Assembly: GCA_046483495.1 (NCBI GenBank)
Contig: JAWODC010000076.1
Location: 65,281 to 129,280, forward strand
Source of the DNA: Desulfobacterales bacterium
GTDB taxonomy: Bacteria; Desulfobacterota; Desulfobacteria; Desulfobacterales; UBA5616
Length of the DNA: 64,000 nt
Direction: 5' to 3'
Shown here: one piece after another, positions 10,893 through 22,216 of the stretch
Layout: each line of letters begins with the position of its first letter
Position numbering within the stretch: the first letter of the stretch is position 1
Notes under the pieces: generated by a model
Databases searched by the model: none
The model's input: only the letters and a program-made list of their open reading frames with translations
What the model was told of the DNA's origin: nothing
Translations under genes and position numbers: made by a program

Positions 10893-13013
10893 ATGTCAGA
10901 GCATCCTGAAAAACAGAAATGGATCGATCTTGCAACGAAGGAACTGAGAGGGAAACCCCTTGAAAGCCTGGACTGGGAAACACCCGAGGGGATAAAGGTC
11001 AAACCCCTCTACACCGCGCAGGATATCGAGGGTCTGCCGAATGTCAACACGCTGCCCGGCATGGCACCCTACGTCCGGGGACCCAAGGCTACCATGTATG
11101 CCGGAAGGCCCTGGACTATCCGGCAGTATGCCGGTTTTTCAACCGCCAGAGAGTCCAATGCCTTCTACCGAAGAAATCTGGCGGCCGGTCAAAAAGGCCT
11201 CAGCGTCGCCTTCGATCTCGCCACACACAGGGGATATGATTCCGACCATCCCAGGGTTGCCGGCGATATCGGCAAGGCCGGTGTAGCGGTGGATTCGGTT
11301 GAGGACATGAAGATTCTTTTCGACCGGATTCCGCTGGATGAAATGTCGGTTTCCATGACCATGAACGGTGCGGTCATTCCCATTATGGCCGGCTATATCG
11401 TAGCCGCCGAGGAGCAGGGAGTAAAGTATGAACAACTCACCGGCACCATTCAAAATGACATTTTAAAGGAGTACTTGACGCGGAATACCTATATTTATCC
11501 CCCCGAGCCCTCCATGCGGATCGTATCCGATATCATTGCTTTTTGCTCGAAAAACATGCCGAAATTCAACACCGTCAGCATCAGCGGATATCACATGATG
11601 GAGGCAGGAGCGGATTCCGTTTTGCAGACGGCATTCACGCTGGCCGACGGCAAGGAATACATCAAAGCAGCACTGGCCTCGGGTATGGACATCGACACGT
11701 TCGCACCGCGGCTGTCTTTCTTTTTCGGCATTGGGATGAACTTCTTTATGGATATCGCCATGCTGAGGGCCGCGCGTTTTCTGTGGCATGAAATCGTCAG
11801 CGAGTTCAACCCCAAGAACACGAAATCCACCATCTTACGGACCCATTGCCAGACCTCGGGATGGAGCTTAACGGAGCAGGATCCCTACAACAACATCATC
11901 CGCACCACCCTGGAATGCATGTCCGCAGTACTTGGGGGAACCCAGAGCCTCCATACCAATTCATTCGACGAGGCGATCGGGCTTCCCACGGATTTTTCCG
12001 CCAGAATCGCCAGGAACACCCAAATCATCGTTCAGGATGAATCCCAGGTATGCCATGTCGTCGACCCTCTGGGCGGAAGCTACTATGTGGAGGCCCTGAC
12101 AAACGGCATCATAGAAAATGCCAGAAACATCATTCAAGAAATCGATGGAATGGGCGGAATGGCCAAGGCAATCGAATCCGGGATGCCGAAAATGCGGATC
12201 GAGGAGGCCGCCGCGCGCAAGCAGGCGCGCATCGATCAAGGCCTGGATGTTATCGTGGGGGTAAACAAGTATCAAATAGAAGAAGACCTCGAACTCGAAA
12301 TCCTTGAAGTGCCCGCCAGCGTCCGTGACGAGCAGGTCGCACGGCTCAAGGAAATTCGGGAAAAACGCGATGAGACCGCCACCCGACAGGCGCTTGAGGC
12401 CGTTACCAAAGCGGCGGAAACCGGAGAAAACCTGCTGGAGGCCGCCATTGCCGCCACCCGGGCGCGGGCCACAGTCGGTGAAGTTTCCGATGCCATGGAA
12501 AAAGTATTCGGCCGATATGTCGCCACCACCCAATGCATTTCCGGAGCTTATGCCTCCGAATACATGGACACCGACATCATTCAATCCATCCGCAAGAGAT
12601 GCGATGATTTCGAAGCCAAACAAGGCAGACGGCCCCGGATTCTATTGGCCAAGATGGGTCAGGACGGACATGACCGCGGCATAAAAGTCATTGCGACGGC
12701 TTATGCGGACCTCGGGTTCGACGTGGACATCGGGCCCATGTTCCAGACCCCGGAAGAAGTGGCGAAGATGGCCGTGGAGAACGACGTTCATGTAGTCGGT
12801 GCATCCAGCCTTGCGGCTGGCCATAAGACGCTGGTTCCCGAGCTTATCGATCAGCTGAAGAAAATCGGCGGTGAAGAAATCAAAGTGGTCGCCGGCGGCG
12901 TAATTCCGTACAAAGATTACCAGTTCCTCACCGATGCCGGTGTTGCGGGCATATTCGGCCCCGGGACTTCGGTGATCGAGTCCGCCAACAAGGTGCTGAA
13001 CGCCCTGGGATAA
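10893..13013 (+). CDS. scpA: Methylmalonyl-CoA mutase, single chain with B12-binding domain
   Basis: [11 protein letters not shown] (the Tyr indicates MCM specificity), [25 protein letters not shown] and base-off DGHDRG motifs. Confidence 0.97.
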   Translation: MSEHPEKQKWIDLATKELRGKPLESLDWETPEGIKVKPLYTAQDIEGLPNVNTLPGMAPYVRGPKATMYAGRPWTIRQYAGFSTARESNAFYRRNLAAGQKGLSVAFDLATHRGYDSDHPRVAGDIGKAGVAVDSVEDMKILFDRIPLDEMSVSMTMNGAVIPIMAGYIVAAEEQGVKYEQLTGTIQNDILKEYLTRNTYIYPPEPSMRIVSDIIAFCSKNMPKFNTVSISGYHMMEAGADSVLQTAFTLADGKEYIKAALASGMDIDTFAPRLSFFFGIGMNFFMDIAMLRAARFLWHEIVSEFNPKNTKSTILRTHCQTSGWSLTEQDPYNNIIRTTLECMSAVLGGTQSLHTNSFDEAIGLPTDFSARIARNTQIIVQDESQVCHVVDPLGGSYYVEALTNGIIENARNIIQEIDGMGGMAKAIESGMPKMRIEEAAARKQARIDQGLDVIVGVNKYQIEEDLELEILEVPASVRDEQVARLKEIREKRDETATRQALEAVTKAAETGENLLEAAIAATRARATVGEVSDAMEKVFGRYVATTQCISGAYASEYMDTDIIQSIRKRCDDFEAKQGRRPRILLAKMGQDGHDRGIKVIATAYADLGFDVDIGPMFQTPEEVAKMAVENDVHVVGASSLAAGHKTLVPELIDQLKKIGGEEIKVVAGGVIPYKDYQFLTDAGVAGIFGPGTSVIESANKVLNALG

Positions 13014-13017
13014 TCGC

Positions 13018-14010
13018 ATGTTTGCAAGAGACCCGGAATATTATATCCAAGGTATTCTTTCCGGAGATAAGCGTATTCTTTCCAAGACCATCACCCTTGT
13101 GGAAAGTTCGCTTCCGGGTCACCAGGAGCTGGCGAGAAATATCATCGACGCGCTGCTCAGCCGGACCGGCAGCGCAATCCGGCTGGGCATTACCGGCGTT
13201 CCGGGTGTGGGAAAGAGCACGTTTATCGAAAGCCTGGGAACGTTTTTGACAAAAAGGGGATCGAAAGTCGCCGTCTTGGCCGTGGACCCGAGCAGTAAGC
13301 GGAGCGGCGGCAGTATCCTGGCCGACAAAACGCGCATGGAAAAGCTCTCCGTGGAGGACATGGCATTTATCCGCCCGTCCCCTTCCGGGGGGACATTGGG
13401 GGGTGTCGCCCGAAAGACCCGTGAAACCATGCTTATCTGTGAAGCCTTCGGATTCGATGTGATCATTGTCGAAACGGTAGGCGTCGGCCAGTCGGAAACC
13501 TCTGTCGCCTCCATGGTTGATTTTTTTCTGGTGCTGATGCTTGCCGGCGCCGGTGATGAACTTCAGGGGATTAAAAAAGGCGTTCTGGAGATGGCGGATG
13601 CCGTTGCCGTAAACAAGGCCGACGGGGACAACATCGAAAAAGCCGAACATGCGCGGTCCCAGTATGAAAAGGCGCTTCATTTTCTCAACCCTGCTTCAAA
13701 ATACTGGACGCCTCCTGTTATGTCCTGCAGCGCCGTCACCATGAACGGCATTGACCGGATATGGGACTCGGTAATCCGTCACCGGGACATCATGACCCAA
13801 ACCGGTGAACTCGACACGAAGCGAAAGAAGCAGGCCATTGATTGGATGTGGACGATTTTGGAAGAGGGACTGAGAGCCCGGTTCAATCAGAACGAACAGG
13901 TTAAAAAAAAGCTGCCGCAGGCGATTCATGCCGTTGAAACCGGATATATGGCGCCTACAGCGGCGGCCATGGAACTGTTAACCATTTATGATGATAAGCA
14001 ACCGGAGTAG
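13018..14010 (+). CDS. meaB: MeaB/ArgK GTPase chaperone of the mutase
   Basis: GITGVPGVGKST, AVDPSS, DKTRM, ETVGVGQSE and NKAD motifs. Confidence 0.95.
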   Translation: MFARDPEYYIQGILSGDKRILSKTITLVESSLPGHQELARNIIDALLSRTGSAIRLGITGVPGVGKSTFIESLGTFLTKRGSKVAVLAVDPSSKRSGGSILADKTRMEKLSVEDMAFIRPSPSGGTLGGVARKTRETMLICEAFGFDVIIVETVGVGQSETSVASMVDFFLVLMLAGAGDELQGIKKGVLEMADAVAVNKADGDNIEKAEHARSQYEKALHFLNPASKYWTPPVMSCSAVTMNGIDRIWDSVIRHRDIMTQTGELDTKRKKQAIDWMWTILEEGLRARFNQNEQVKKKLPQAIHAVETGYMAPTAAAMELLTIYDDKQPE

Positions 14011-14136
14011 ACCGGTGGATGAACCGCACCGGGATGCATCGGAAAACATAAGAAATCGGTTTTAGGGCGTTGAACATCGTCCGTTTGCACGGCTTTTTTG
14101 GAGCCATCCAAATTCGAAAAATGAAAGGACGTAAAC

Positions 14137-15690
14137 ATGGGCATTACCGAAGATAAAATCAAGGAACTGGTTGAGCGGGAAAAGAAAATCCTACGGATGG
14201 GCGGAGAGAAGGCTCTGGAGAAACAAAAGAAGTCCGGAAAAATGAACGCCCGTGAACGGCTGAATTATTTGTTCGATCCGGGCACTTTTCGAGAACTCGA
14301 CAAGTTCGTTCAGCACCGCTGCACGTATTTCGGTATGGAAGAAGTCGACATTCCGGCTGACGGCGTCATTACCGGATACGGAATGGTGGACGGCCGTCCG
14401 GTGTTTGCGTTTGCCCAGGATTTTACAGCACGCGCCGGAAGCCTGGGCGAAATGCACGCCAAGAAAATCTGCAAGGTGATGGATTTGGCCATGAAAGCCG
14501 GTGCACCGTTTGTCGGACTGAATGATTCCGGGGGTGCCCGCATTCAGGAAGGCGTGGATGCATTGTCCGGATACGGCCAGATTTTTTTCCGCAATTCCGC
14601 GGCATCGGGCGTCATTCCTCAGATTTCCGCCATCATGGGACCCACGGCCGGGGGTGCCGTGTATTCGCCGGCCATGACCGATTATATCTTTATGGTCAAA
14701 AACACCAGTTACATGTTCATTACGGGTCCCGCCGTAATTAAATCGGTCACCGGCGAGGAAGTGTCCTTCGAAGACCTCGGCGGCGCCATGGCGCATAACG
14801 AAAAAAGCGGGGTCGCCCAGTTTGCCTGTGAAAGCGATGAAGACGCGCTGAACCAGATCAAGAAGCTTTTGTCTTACCTGCCGTCCAATAATATGGAAGA
14901 CGCGCCGATTATCGACACAGGCGATGATCCGAAAAGAGCGGAGCCGGCGCTGAATACAATTGTTCCGGACAGCCCGAACCAGGCATATGACATGAAAACC
15001 GTCATCCAATCCATCGTCGATAACGGTGAAATGTTCGAGCCACATGCTTATTTCGCTCGAAATATCATCGTTTGTTTTGCCCGGCTGAACGGACGAAGCA
15101 TCGGCATTATCGCCAATCAACCGTCTTTTATGGCGGGCAGCCTGGATATCGACGCTTCGGACAAGGCAAGCCGATTTATCCGTTTCTGTGATGCATTTAA
15201 CATTCCCATTCTCACCATAGCTGATGTTCCCGGTTATCTTCCGGGAACCCACCAGGAATGGGGCGGCATTATCCGGCATGGGGCCAAGCTGCTTTGGGTG
15301 TATTCCGAAGCCACCGTACCCAAACTGCTTCTGGTGACCCGCAAAGATTACGGCGGCGCATATCTGGCCATGAGCGGCAAAGATCTGGGAACGGATTTCG
15401 TTTTTGCGTGGCCGACAGCGGAAATCGCGGTCATGGGCGCTTCCGGAGCCGCCAATGTCATCCATGCCCGGGAAATTAAAAGCGCCGAAAATCCGGATGA
15501 CAAACGCAAGGAAAAAATCAAGGAATATGAGGATTTGTTTTCCAATCCGTACTGCGCCGCGGCCAGGGGATTTGCCGATGCGGTCATCGTACCCAGTGAA
15601 ACCCGGTCCTATCTGATCGATGCCCTGGAAGTCATGTGCAGCAAACGGGAGACCCGGCCGCCGAAAAAGCACGGCAATATTCCGCTGTAA
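14137..15690 (+). CDS. Acyl-CoA carboxyltransferase (propionyl-CoA carboxylase beta / transcarboxylase 12S type)
   Basis: DSGGARIQEG, GGAVYSPA, FCDAFNIP, DVPGYLPG and RPPKKHGNIPL motifs. Confidence 0.95.
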   Translation: MGITEDKIKELVEREKKILRMGGEKALEKQKKSGKMNARERLNYLFDPGTFRELDKFVQHRCTYFGMEEVDIPADGVITGYGMVDGRPVFAFAQDFTARAGSLGEMHAKKICKVMDLAMKAGAPFVGLNDSGGARIQEGVDALSGYGQIFFRNSAASGVIPQISAIMGPTAGGAVYSPAMTDYIFMVKNTSYMFITGPAVIKSVTGEEVSFEDLGGAMAHNEKSGVAQFACESDEDALNQIKKLLSYLPSNNMEDAPIIDTGDDPKRAEPALNTIVPDSPNQAYDMKTVIQSIVDNGEMFEPHAYFARNIIVCFARLNGRSIGIIANQPSFMAGSLDIDASDKASRFIRFCDAFNIPILTIADVPGYLPGTHQEWGGIIRHGAKLLWVYSEATVPKLLLVTRKDYGGAYLAMSGKDLGTDFVFAWPTAEIAVMGASGAANVIHAREIKSAENPDDKRKEKIKEYEDLFSNPYCAAARGFADAVIVPSETRSYLIDALEVMCSKRETRPPKKHGNIPL

Positions 15691-15725
15691 TGAAAACGTT
15701 AATGGAAAATGCCGACGGAGTTGAC

Positions 15726-15944
15726 ATGGATAAACACAAAAAACGAGCGGCAGCCATTTCTGCGGTTGTCCGTTATTTAAAATCGGAAGAAGAAATCCTG
15801 GCGGCCCGCCAATCCGCCCAAATACCGGCCGCCCCGGTACGGCAGATCGGCATCTCGGTTTGGGGAATTTCCGGCCGGCAGTATCAGATGCAGATGCGGC
15901 AGCTGATGCAGATAAAAACGTTTCATGGCACGCGATTCAGATAA
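15726..15944 (+). CDS. Small accessory subunit, similar in pattern to acyl-CoA carboxylase epsilon subunits
   Basis: AAAISAV..YL, then an Ala/Pro linker and W..SGR. GGAG RBS before 15726; alternative start at 15690 overlaps the upstream stop. Confidence 0.6.
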   Translation: MDKHKKRAAAISAVVRYLKSEEEILAARQSAQIPAAPVRQIGISVWGISGRQYQMQMRQLMQIKTFHGTRFR

Positions 15945-15994
15945 GTGCCGCAATAAGAACGCAAAATGATATTATCATTTAAGGGAGAACGTAT

Positions 15995-17983
15995 ATGAGT
16001 GATCACAATCAAGTCAAAATGACGAAAATGGACTACAGTCCGGATCGGCCTAAAGCGAAAAATCCGCTGAAGGTGGAGGATCTTTCCCTCCGTGACGGTC
16101 ATCAGTCCCTTTTCGCTACCCGAGGACGGACGGAGGATATGATCCCGGTGGCGGAACTGATGGATGAAGTGGGTTTCTGGGCCGTGGAGACATGGGGCGG
16201 TGCCACCTTCGACACAATGCACCGGTTTTTGAATGAAGACCCCTGGGAGCGCATTCGAACCCTGAAGCGGTATTTCAAAAAGACGCCGTTTTCGATGCTG
16301 TTGCGAGGACAGAACCTCGTCGGCTACAGGAACTATGCCGACGATGTCGCCGAAGCGTTTGTAGAGCGGGCGGCGGAAAACGGAATGGATATTTTCAGGA
16401 CGTTCGACGCTCTGAATGATTATCGAAATTTCGAAACGGTGGTGCCTGTCATAAAACGATGCGGCAAGCATTTTCAAGGCTGTATCTGTTATACGTTGAC
16501 CGAGCCGAGGATGGGCGGCGAGGTTTACACGATCGACTACTATGTAAAAAAGGCCAAAGACCTGGAAGCCATGGGAGCGGACAGCATCTGCATCAAGGAT
16601 ATGGCCGGCCTGATCGCACCGTATGATGCATACGCCGTGGTCAAGGCGTTGAAGGATAGCGTCAGCCCGCCGATTCATCTGCACAGCCATTTTACCTCCG
16701 GCATGTCCCCCATGAGCCACCTGAAAGCCATCGAAGCCGGTGTGGACATTATCGACACATGTATGACGCCCTATGCTTACAGAACCTCGCATGCGGCGAT
16801 CGAGCCGCTTGTCATGTCCCTTCTGGGCACCAACCGGGATACGGGCTTTGACATCAAGCTTCTGGCGAGGATCAATGAGATTCTTGAAAAAGAAGTTATA
16901 CCTAAATACAGGCATCTGCTGGATGACACGAAAGTGTCCATCATCGACATCAACGTCCTGCTCCACCAGACACCCGGCGGTATGCTGTCCAACCTTGTGA
17001 ACCAGCTGCGGGAAATGGACGCACTGGACAAACTTGACGAGGTGTATGCCGAACTCCCCAAGGTTCGCAAAGACCTCGGACAGGTTCCGCTCGTCACGCC
17101 GACCAGCCAGATTGTCGGCATTCAGACGGTGAACAACGTACTTTTCGATGATGAAAATGAACGGTACAAAATGATCACGGCCCAGGTCAAGGATCTCTGT
17201 TACGGTCTGTACGGCAAAACCGCTGTGCCGATCAATCCGGAGGTTCAGAAAAAAGCGCTCAAGGGATATCCAAGAGGAGAAGAGCCCATTACCTGCCGGC
17301 CGGCCGAAGTGCTGGAACCGGAACTGCCAAAAGCCCGCGAAGAAGTCAAGGATCTGGCCGCCGATATCGATGACGTTCTGATCTACGCCTTATATCCGGT
17401 AACCGGCAAAAAATTTCTCAAATGGAAATACGGCAAGGAAGAACCCCCCGAGGAAGTAAAGCCGCGCACTCTGGAGCAGGCAAAGAAAGAGGAGGAGCTG
17501 GTAAAGAAAGCCCGTGCCGGCAAGGTCATCGAAAAGCCCGCCGGAGTGCCCGAAAAAACTGAAAACGCTCGAACTTTCAATGTTTTTGTAGACAGCGAAT
17601 ACTTTGAGGTGCAGGTGGATGAAATCGGCGGCCCCCCGGTGGTTACTTATACGGCAACGGCCCAAGCCGCACCGAAACCCGCACAGGCCGCGCCGGCAGC
17701 ACCGGCGGCAAAAGCGCCGGCCGCACCCGCCGAACCGAAGCCCAAAGCAGTTCCGGCGGCCGCCGTAGACGGCACCCCGTTGACAGCACCGATGCCGGGA
17801 ATGGTGGTTAAACTGCACAAAAAAGTCGGAGACACGGTAACCGAGGGCGAAACGGTGCTGATCCTGGAAGCCATGAAAATGGAGAATGCACTCACGGCGC
17901 CGGTGAGCGGCACGGTAAAAGCCATCAATTTCGAAAGCGGCGACTCCGTCGCTAAAAATGACATTCTCTGCGTCATCGGGTAA
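15995..17983 (+). CDS. Pyruvate/oxaloacetate carboxyltransferase (5S/OadA/PycB type) fused to a biotinyl carrier domain
   Basis: [28 protein letters not shown] and [11 protein letters not shown] motifs, an Ala/Pro linker and C-terminal EAMKM. Confidence 0.93.
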   Translation: MSDHNQVKMTKMDYSPDRPKAKNPLKVEDLSLRDGHQSLFATRGRTEDMIPVAELMDEVGFWAVETWGGATFDTMHRFLNEDPWERIRTLKRYFKKTPFSMLLRGQNLVGYRNYADDVAEAFVERAAENGMDIFRTFDALNDYRNFETVVPVIKRCGKHFQGCICYTLTEPRMGGEVYTIDYYVKKAKDLEAMGADSICIKDMAGLIAPYDAYAVVKALKDSVSPPIHLHSHFTSGMSPMSHLKAIEAGVDIIDTCMTPYAYRTSHAAIEPLVMSLLGTNRDTGFDIKLLARINEILEKEVIPKYRHLLDDTKVSIIDINVLLHQTPGGMLSNLVNQLREMDALDKLDEVYAELPKVRKDLGQVPLVTPTSQIVGIQTVNNVLFDDENERYKMITAQVKDLCYGLYGKTAVPINPEVQKKALKGYPRGEEPITCRPAEVLEPELPKAREEVKDLAADIDDVLIYALYPVTGKKFLKWKYGKEEPPEEVKPRTLEQAKKEEELVKKARAGKVIEKPAGVPEKTENARTFNVFVDSEYFEVQVDEIGGPPVVTYTATAQAAPKPAQAAPAAPAAKAPAAPAEPKPKAVPAAAVDGTPLTAPMPGMVVKLHKKVGDTVTEGETVLILEAMKMENALTAPVSGTVKAINFESGDSVAKNDILCVIG

Positions 17984-18010
17984 TCCAATCACCCGGTTTT
18001 CAGACATGTT

Positions 18011-18037
18011 CGCCCGGCGGAATTTCACCGCCGGGCG
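18011..18037 (+). other. GC-rich intergenic hairpin before sucC
   Basis: CGCCCGGCGG-aatttca-CCGCCGGGCG with no clear U-tract. Confidence 0.4.
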
Positions 18038-18107
18038 CATTTCGGCAGGCCTCCGTCGTGCAGCGTTCATTTACTTCAGCAATATTTCAAGATCAAGGAG
18101 GAGGATC

Positions 18108-19274
18108 ATGAAGATCCACGAGTATCAGGCTAAGGAGTTGTTCAGAAAATACAATGTTCCGGTCCCCCGGGGCGGGGTGGCCTTCAGTCCGGATGAAGCC
18201 AAAAAAGTCGCCGAAAACCTCGGCGGATTTCCCGTGGTCGTAAAAGCTCAGATACATGCCGGCGGCCGGGGAAAAGGCGGCGGCGTCAAACCGGCCAAAT
18301 CTCTGGAAGAAGCCGGAACCGTCGCCGGTGATATCATTGGCATGACGCTGGTGACCCACCAGACCGGGCCCGAGGGTCGACTGGTCAAGAAAGTATTGGT
18401 GGAGCAGGGGCTCGATATCGTCAAGGAGCTTTATCTGAGTATTCTACCGGACCGGTCAACGGCGAAAAACATTATCATGGCCAGCGAAGCCGGCGGTATG
18501 GATATCGAGGCCGTCGCCGAGGAAACACCTGAAAAAATCATCAAAGTCGCGGTCGATCCCATGCTGGGAATCCAACCCTACCATGTGAGGCAGGTTGCCT
18601 TCGGCTTGAATATACCCGCACCCTGCATGAAGGCCTTCCAGGGGCTCGTAAAGAATCTTTACGACCTGTTCGTGAGCTATGACTGCTCCCTGGTGGAAAT
18701 CAATCCTCTGGTATTGACGGCCGATGACAATGTTCTGGCTCTGGATGCCAAAGTCGATATCGACGGCAACGCCCTTTACCGCCACAAAGATGTCGTGGAT
18801 TACCGGGATACGGACGAGGAAGATCCCCTGGAAGTTCAAGCCAGCAAATACAACTTGAACTACATCAATCTCGGCGGCAACGGCAATGTCGGCAATATGG
18901 TGAACGGCGCCGGACTGGCCATGGCCACCATGGACATCATCAAGCTTGCCGGTGCAGAACCGGCCAACTTCCTCGATGTCGGAGGAGGGGCAAACGCGGA
19001 AATGGTGGAAAACGGTTTTAAAATCATTCTCAGCGATTCCAATGTAAAGGGAATCCTGATTAATATTTTCGGGGGTATTTTAAGGTGCGACGTCCTGGCC
19101 ACGGGTGTTGTCCAGGCCGCAAAGGCAATCGGCCTGAAAGTGCCCGTAGTGGTTCGAATGGAAGGCACCAATGTGGAGGAAGGCCGGAGGATTCTTTCGG
19201 AGTCCGGCCTGAAGCTGATATCGGCCGTGGATTTGAAAGACGCGGCCCAAAAAGTTTCCGAGATCGTCAATTAG
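18108..19274 (+). CDS. sucC: Succinyl-CoA synthetase beta subunit
   Basis: [35 protein letters not shown] and NFLDVGGGA motifs. AGGAGG RBS. Confidence 0.97.
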   Translation: MKIHEYQAKELFRKYNVPVPRGGVAFSPDEAKKVAENLGGFPVVVKAQIHAGGRGKGGGVKPAKSLEEAGTVAGDIIGMTLVTHQTGPEGRLVKKVLVEQGLDIVKELYLSILPDRSTAKNIIMASEAGGMDIEAVAEETPEKIIKVAVDPMLGIQPYHVRQVAFGLNIPAPCMKAFQGLVKNLYDLFVSYDCSLVEINPLVLTADDNVLALDAKVDIDGNALYRHKDVVDYRDTDEEDPLEVQASKYNLNYINLGGNGNVGNMVNGAGLAMATMDIIKLAGAEPANFLDVGGGANAEMVENGFKIILSDSNVKGILINIFGGILRCDVLATGVVQAAKAIGLKVPVVVRMEGTNVEEGRRILSESGLKLISAVDLKDAAQKVSEIVN

Positions 19275-19310
19275 CCACACGAACAAACCGAAAAAGTGAG
19301 GATTAAAACC

Positions 19311-20180
19311 GTGAGTATATTTGCAGACAAAAACACAAAGCTTTTGGTTCAGGGCATTACCGGAAAAGAAGGACAATTTCATACCCGCCAGTGCGCCGCC
19401 TACGGCACCCAGGTGGTGGCAGGTGTCACTCCGGGCAAGGGCGGCCAAGATATGGATGGTATTCCGGTGTTCAACAGTGTATACCAGGCGGTCCGGGAGA
19501 CAGGCGCCGACTGTTCATTGATATTCGTACCGCCCCCGTTTGCGGCGGATGCCATACTGGAAGCCACGGACGGCGGGGTGGGTCTCATCGTGTGCATCAC
19601 CGAGGGAATTCCCGTCCAAGACATGATGAAAGTCAAAAATTACATCCAGGACAAATCCGTCAGGCTCATCGGACCGAACTGCCCGGGCATCATCACTCCG
19701 GGAGAATGCAAGATCGGCATTATGCCGGCGCCGATTCATAAGCCCGGCGGACCGATCGGGGTGGTTTCCCGATCCGGCACCCTGACTTACGAGGTGGTGC
19801 ATCAATTGACCCGTCAGGAAATCGGCCAAACCACCTGCATCGGTATCGGCGGCGACCCGGTAAACGGCACGAATTTCATTGATTGTCTCAAGGCCTTCCA
19901 GGAAGATGAGGACACCACCGGCATCGTCATGGTGGGGGAAATCGGAGGACGGGCGGAAGAAGACGCCGCCGAATTTATCCATGAGTACGTCACCAAACCC
20001 GTGGTCGGCTTCATTGCCGGTTTGACCGCACCTCCGGGAAGGCGCATGGGTCATGCCGGAGCGATTATCAGCGGCAAAAGCGGAACGGGTCAGGCAAAAG
20101 TCGACGCCATGAAAGCCGCCGGCATTCATGTGTGTGAAAATTTAGGCCTTTTGGGCGAACGTTGTGCAAACGTGTTTTAA
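19311..20180 (+). CDS. sucD: Succinyl-CoA synthetase alpha subunit
   Basis: [28 protein letters not shown] and RMGHAGA (phospho-His) motifs. GTG start at 19311. Confidence 0.97.
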   Translation: MSIFADKNTKLLVQGITGKEGQFHTRQCAAYGTQVVAGVTPGKGGQDMDGIPVFNSVYQAVRETGADCSLIFVPPPFAADAILEATDGGVGLIVCITEGIPVQDMMKVKNYIQDKSVRLIGPNCPGIITPGECKIGIMPAPIHKPGGPIGVVSRSGTLTYEVVHQLTRQEIGQTTCIGIGGDPVNGTNFIDCLKAFQEDEDTTGIVMVGEIGGRAEEDAAEFIHEYVTKPVVGFIAGLTAPPGRRMGHAGAIISGKSGTGQAKVDAMKAAGIHVCENLGLLGERCANVF

Positions 20181-20204
20181 TTTCGCATAACACCATCATT
20201 TCAT

Positions 20205-20234
20205 CGCCCGGGGGTGATCCCCCCGGGCGTTTTT
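20205..20234 (+). terminator. Intrinsic terminator after sucD
   Basis: CGCCCGGGGG-tgatc-CCCCCGGGCG followed by TTTTT. Confidence 0.85.
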
Positions 20235-20358
20235 GTTAGATGACATGACGCATTAAAACGGCCATCATTTGTTTGCCGTTTCAACGGGTGCTCTCACCGC
20301 AGCAAAAGGCGGCCATTGAATGGGGAAACCCGAACGGTTCCTGTAAAAGGGGGGACTT

Positions 20359-21156
20359 ATGCATATCGTGCGTTTTTTGGATGATGAAAATCAGGTCTGC
20401 TACGGCACGCAAGTCGAAGAGCATTCAGCAATACGCCTGCACGGGGATATTTTCGACGGGTTGACGGAAACCGGGGAAAGGGTCCGCGTTAACAAATGGC
20501 TTGCACCGGTCGATCCGCCGGCCATACTGTGCATCGGCATCAATTATAAGGCCCACGCGGACGAGACCGGCATCAAACTGCCGGAATACCCGGTCTTGTT
20601 CATGAAAAATCCGGCATCCGTAATCGGCCACAAAGAGGCCGTTGTATTGCCGGAGTCCTGCCGAAATCCTCTGCAGGTGGACTACGAACTGGAATTGGCC
20701 GTGATCATCGGAAAACCGGCCAAGAACGTTCCGATCGACAGTGCGCTCGACTACGTGGCCGGTTATACCGTTGCTAACGATGTCTCCGCCCGGATATGGC
20801 AGGCGAACGCCGGGGCGGGTCAATGGATCAGGGGAAAAAGCTTCGATACGTTTTGTCCGATGGGACCTGCCCTGGTGACGCCGGACGAGATTCCCGACCC
20901 GGACCGGTTGAATCTGACATGCGTGCTGAACGGCCGTGTCATGCAGGAGAGCAGCACCTCCGATATGATTTTTTCCACCCCCAGGCTGATAGCCTATTTA
21001 TCGGAGGATACCACGCTTCTGCCGGGTACGGTCATTCTGACCGGGACGCCGAGCGGTGTGGGCTTCACCCGAAATCCGCCGGTATTTTTGACCCCCGGTG
21101 ACCGCATCGAAATGACGATCGAAAAGCTGGGAATGCTGGTGAATACCGTTGCATAA
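20359..21156 (+). CDS. Fumarylacetoacetate hydrolase (FAH) family protein
   Basis: CIGINY, DYELELAV, ANDVSAR, GKSFDTFCP and LTGTPSGVG motifs. Confidence 0.93.
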   Translation: MHIVRFLDDENQVCYGTQVEEHSAIRLHGDIFDGLTETGERVRVNKWLAPVDPPAILCIGINYKAHADETGIKLPEYPVLFMKNPASVIGHKEAVVLPESCRNPLQVDYELELAVIIGKPAKNVPIDSALDYVAGYTVANDVSARIWQANAGAGQWIRGKSFDTFCPMGPALVTPDEIPDPDRLNLTCVLNGRVMQESSTSDMIFSTPRLIAYLSEDTTLLPGTVILTGTPSGVGFTRNPPVFLTPGDRIEMTIEKLGMLVNTVA

Positions 21157-21516
21157 TCGGGAAAATGAAGAGCGCGGGTTCTTTCCCATCGGTTGATATC
21201 ACACCGGTGAACCGCCGATAGGAGACGCATGAGTGACCGATTATTCAATCGGGTTCAGACATGACAGTCTTGGCATGACGGTTCTGCAATTCGATACCCA
21301 GGAAGACCCGTGCGCTATCGGGCCGTGGCATCCCCGAAGAAACAAAGCTTGTCGTGGGCGGACCCGTATTCACATCCGATCCCGACATCGCCGTTTGCAC
21401 CAATGTGCACCGGATTTGCTCCAATCTCACCGATTTTATCGATTTTCTCTTACGATTGCCTGAAGGTCCATTTTAATCACATTTTAATCACTGGAGGTTG
21501 CGAATGCAAAAAAAGC

Positions 21517-21584
21517 TTGACTTTATGTCAATCGGAAGATATTGTACTGAGCACTCACTCAGTTAAACTGAGTACTCAGTTTAA
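21517..21584 (+). promoter_or_regulatory. sigma70 promoter with tandem palindromic TetR-type operator
   Basis: TTGACT(21517)-17 bp-TATTGT(21540). Perfect 22-bp palindrome TTAAACTGAGTACTCAGTTTAA at 21563-21584 and a degenerate copy ACTGAGCACTCACT at 21546-21559. Confidence 0.75.
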
Positions 21585-21607
21585 TTTACAATACAGGAAT
21601 CGATGCC

Positions 21608-22189
21608 ATGAGCAAAAAAGAGGATATCCTGCAAACAGCCACATTCCTGTTTTCTCAGCAGGGCTTCAAGGAAACCTCAATCGCGGAAATTTCCAAAATT
21701 TCGGGTGTTGCCGAGGGAACCATCTTCTACCATTTCAAGAACAAGGAGGCGCTCTTTATTGCCGTTCTCGAAAGAACCAAGGAGTTGATCCAAAAAGAAT
21801 TCGAACAGTTCATCCGGGAAAAAACCGCTCAAAACGTAACGGAACTCGTTGAAAATTCGATCTATTTTTATCTTTATCTTGCCGGGAAAATGGAAAGCCA
21901 AATGTTGTTGCTCCATCGGCATTTTCCGTACCAGGTCGCGGCCACAAATGCGGAATGCCGCGAATATCTAGAGGCCATTTACGAATGTCTTGTGGATATT
22001 TTCGAACGGGCAATCGTTTCAGGGCGGGACAGCGGTTTGATCGGCCCCATGCCCACCCGGAAAATGGCCTTGATCATCTTTTCCATGGTGGACGGCATGG
22101 TCCGCCTGAAAACATACAATCTATATAACGTCAGTACGTTGATTCCCGAGATCATAACGGCGTGCAGAAGGATATTAGACATCGATTAA
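21608..22189 (+). CDS. TetR/AcrR-family transcriptional regulator
   Basis: LFSQQGFKETSIAEISKISGVAEGTIFYHFKNKEAL helix-turn-helix. Confidence 0.95.
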   Translation: MSKKEDILQTATFLFSQQGFKETSIAEISKISGVAEGTIFYHFKNKEALFIAVLERTKELIQKEFEQFIREKTAQNVTELVENSIYFYLYLAGKMESQMLLLHRHFPYQVAATNAECREYLEAIYECLVDIFERAIVSGRDSGLIGPMPTRKMALIIFSMVDGMVRLKTYNLYNVSTLIPEIITACRRILDID

Positions 22190-22216
22190 CCGATTGATAG
22201 ATGAGAAAGAGAGAAA

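Noticed and set aside
14191..16966. Long antisense ORFs (14191-15672, 15923-16966) and similar shadows elsewhere (7983-8840, 9065-9898, 45347-46117)
   Set aside because: They lie opposite well-conserved genes, have no motifs, and are the expected by-product of codon bias.
17640..17770. Low-complexity GC-rich repeat-like stretch
   Set aside because: It encodes the normal Ala/Pro linker before the biotinyl domain.
21229..21264. AGGAG-preceded mini-ORF MSDRLFNRVQT ending in TGA (possible leader peptide or Sec readthrough)
   Set aside because: The readthrough sequence resembles no protein I recognise and no convincing SECIS hairpin was seen.
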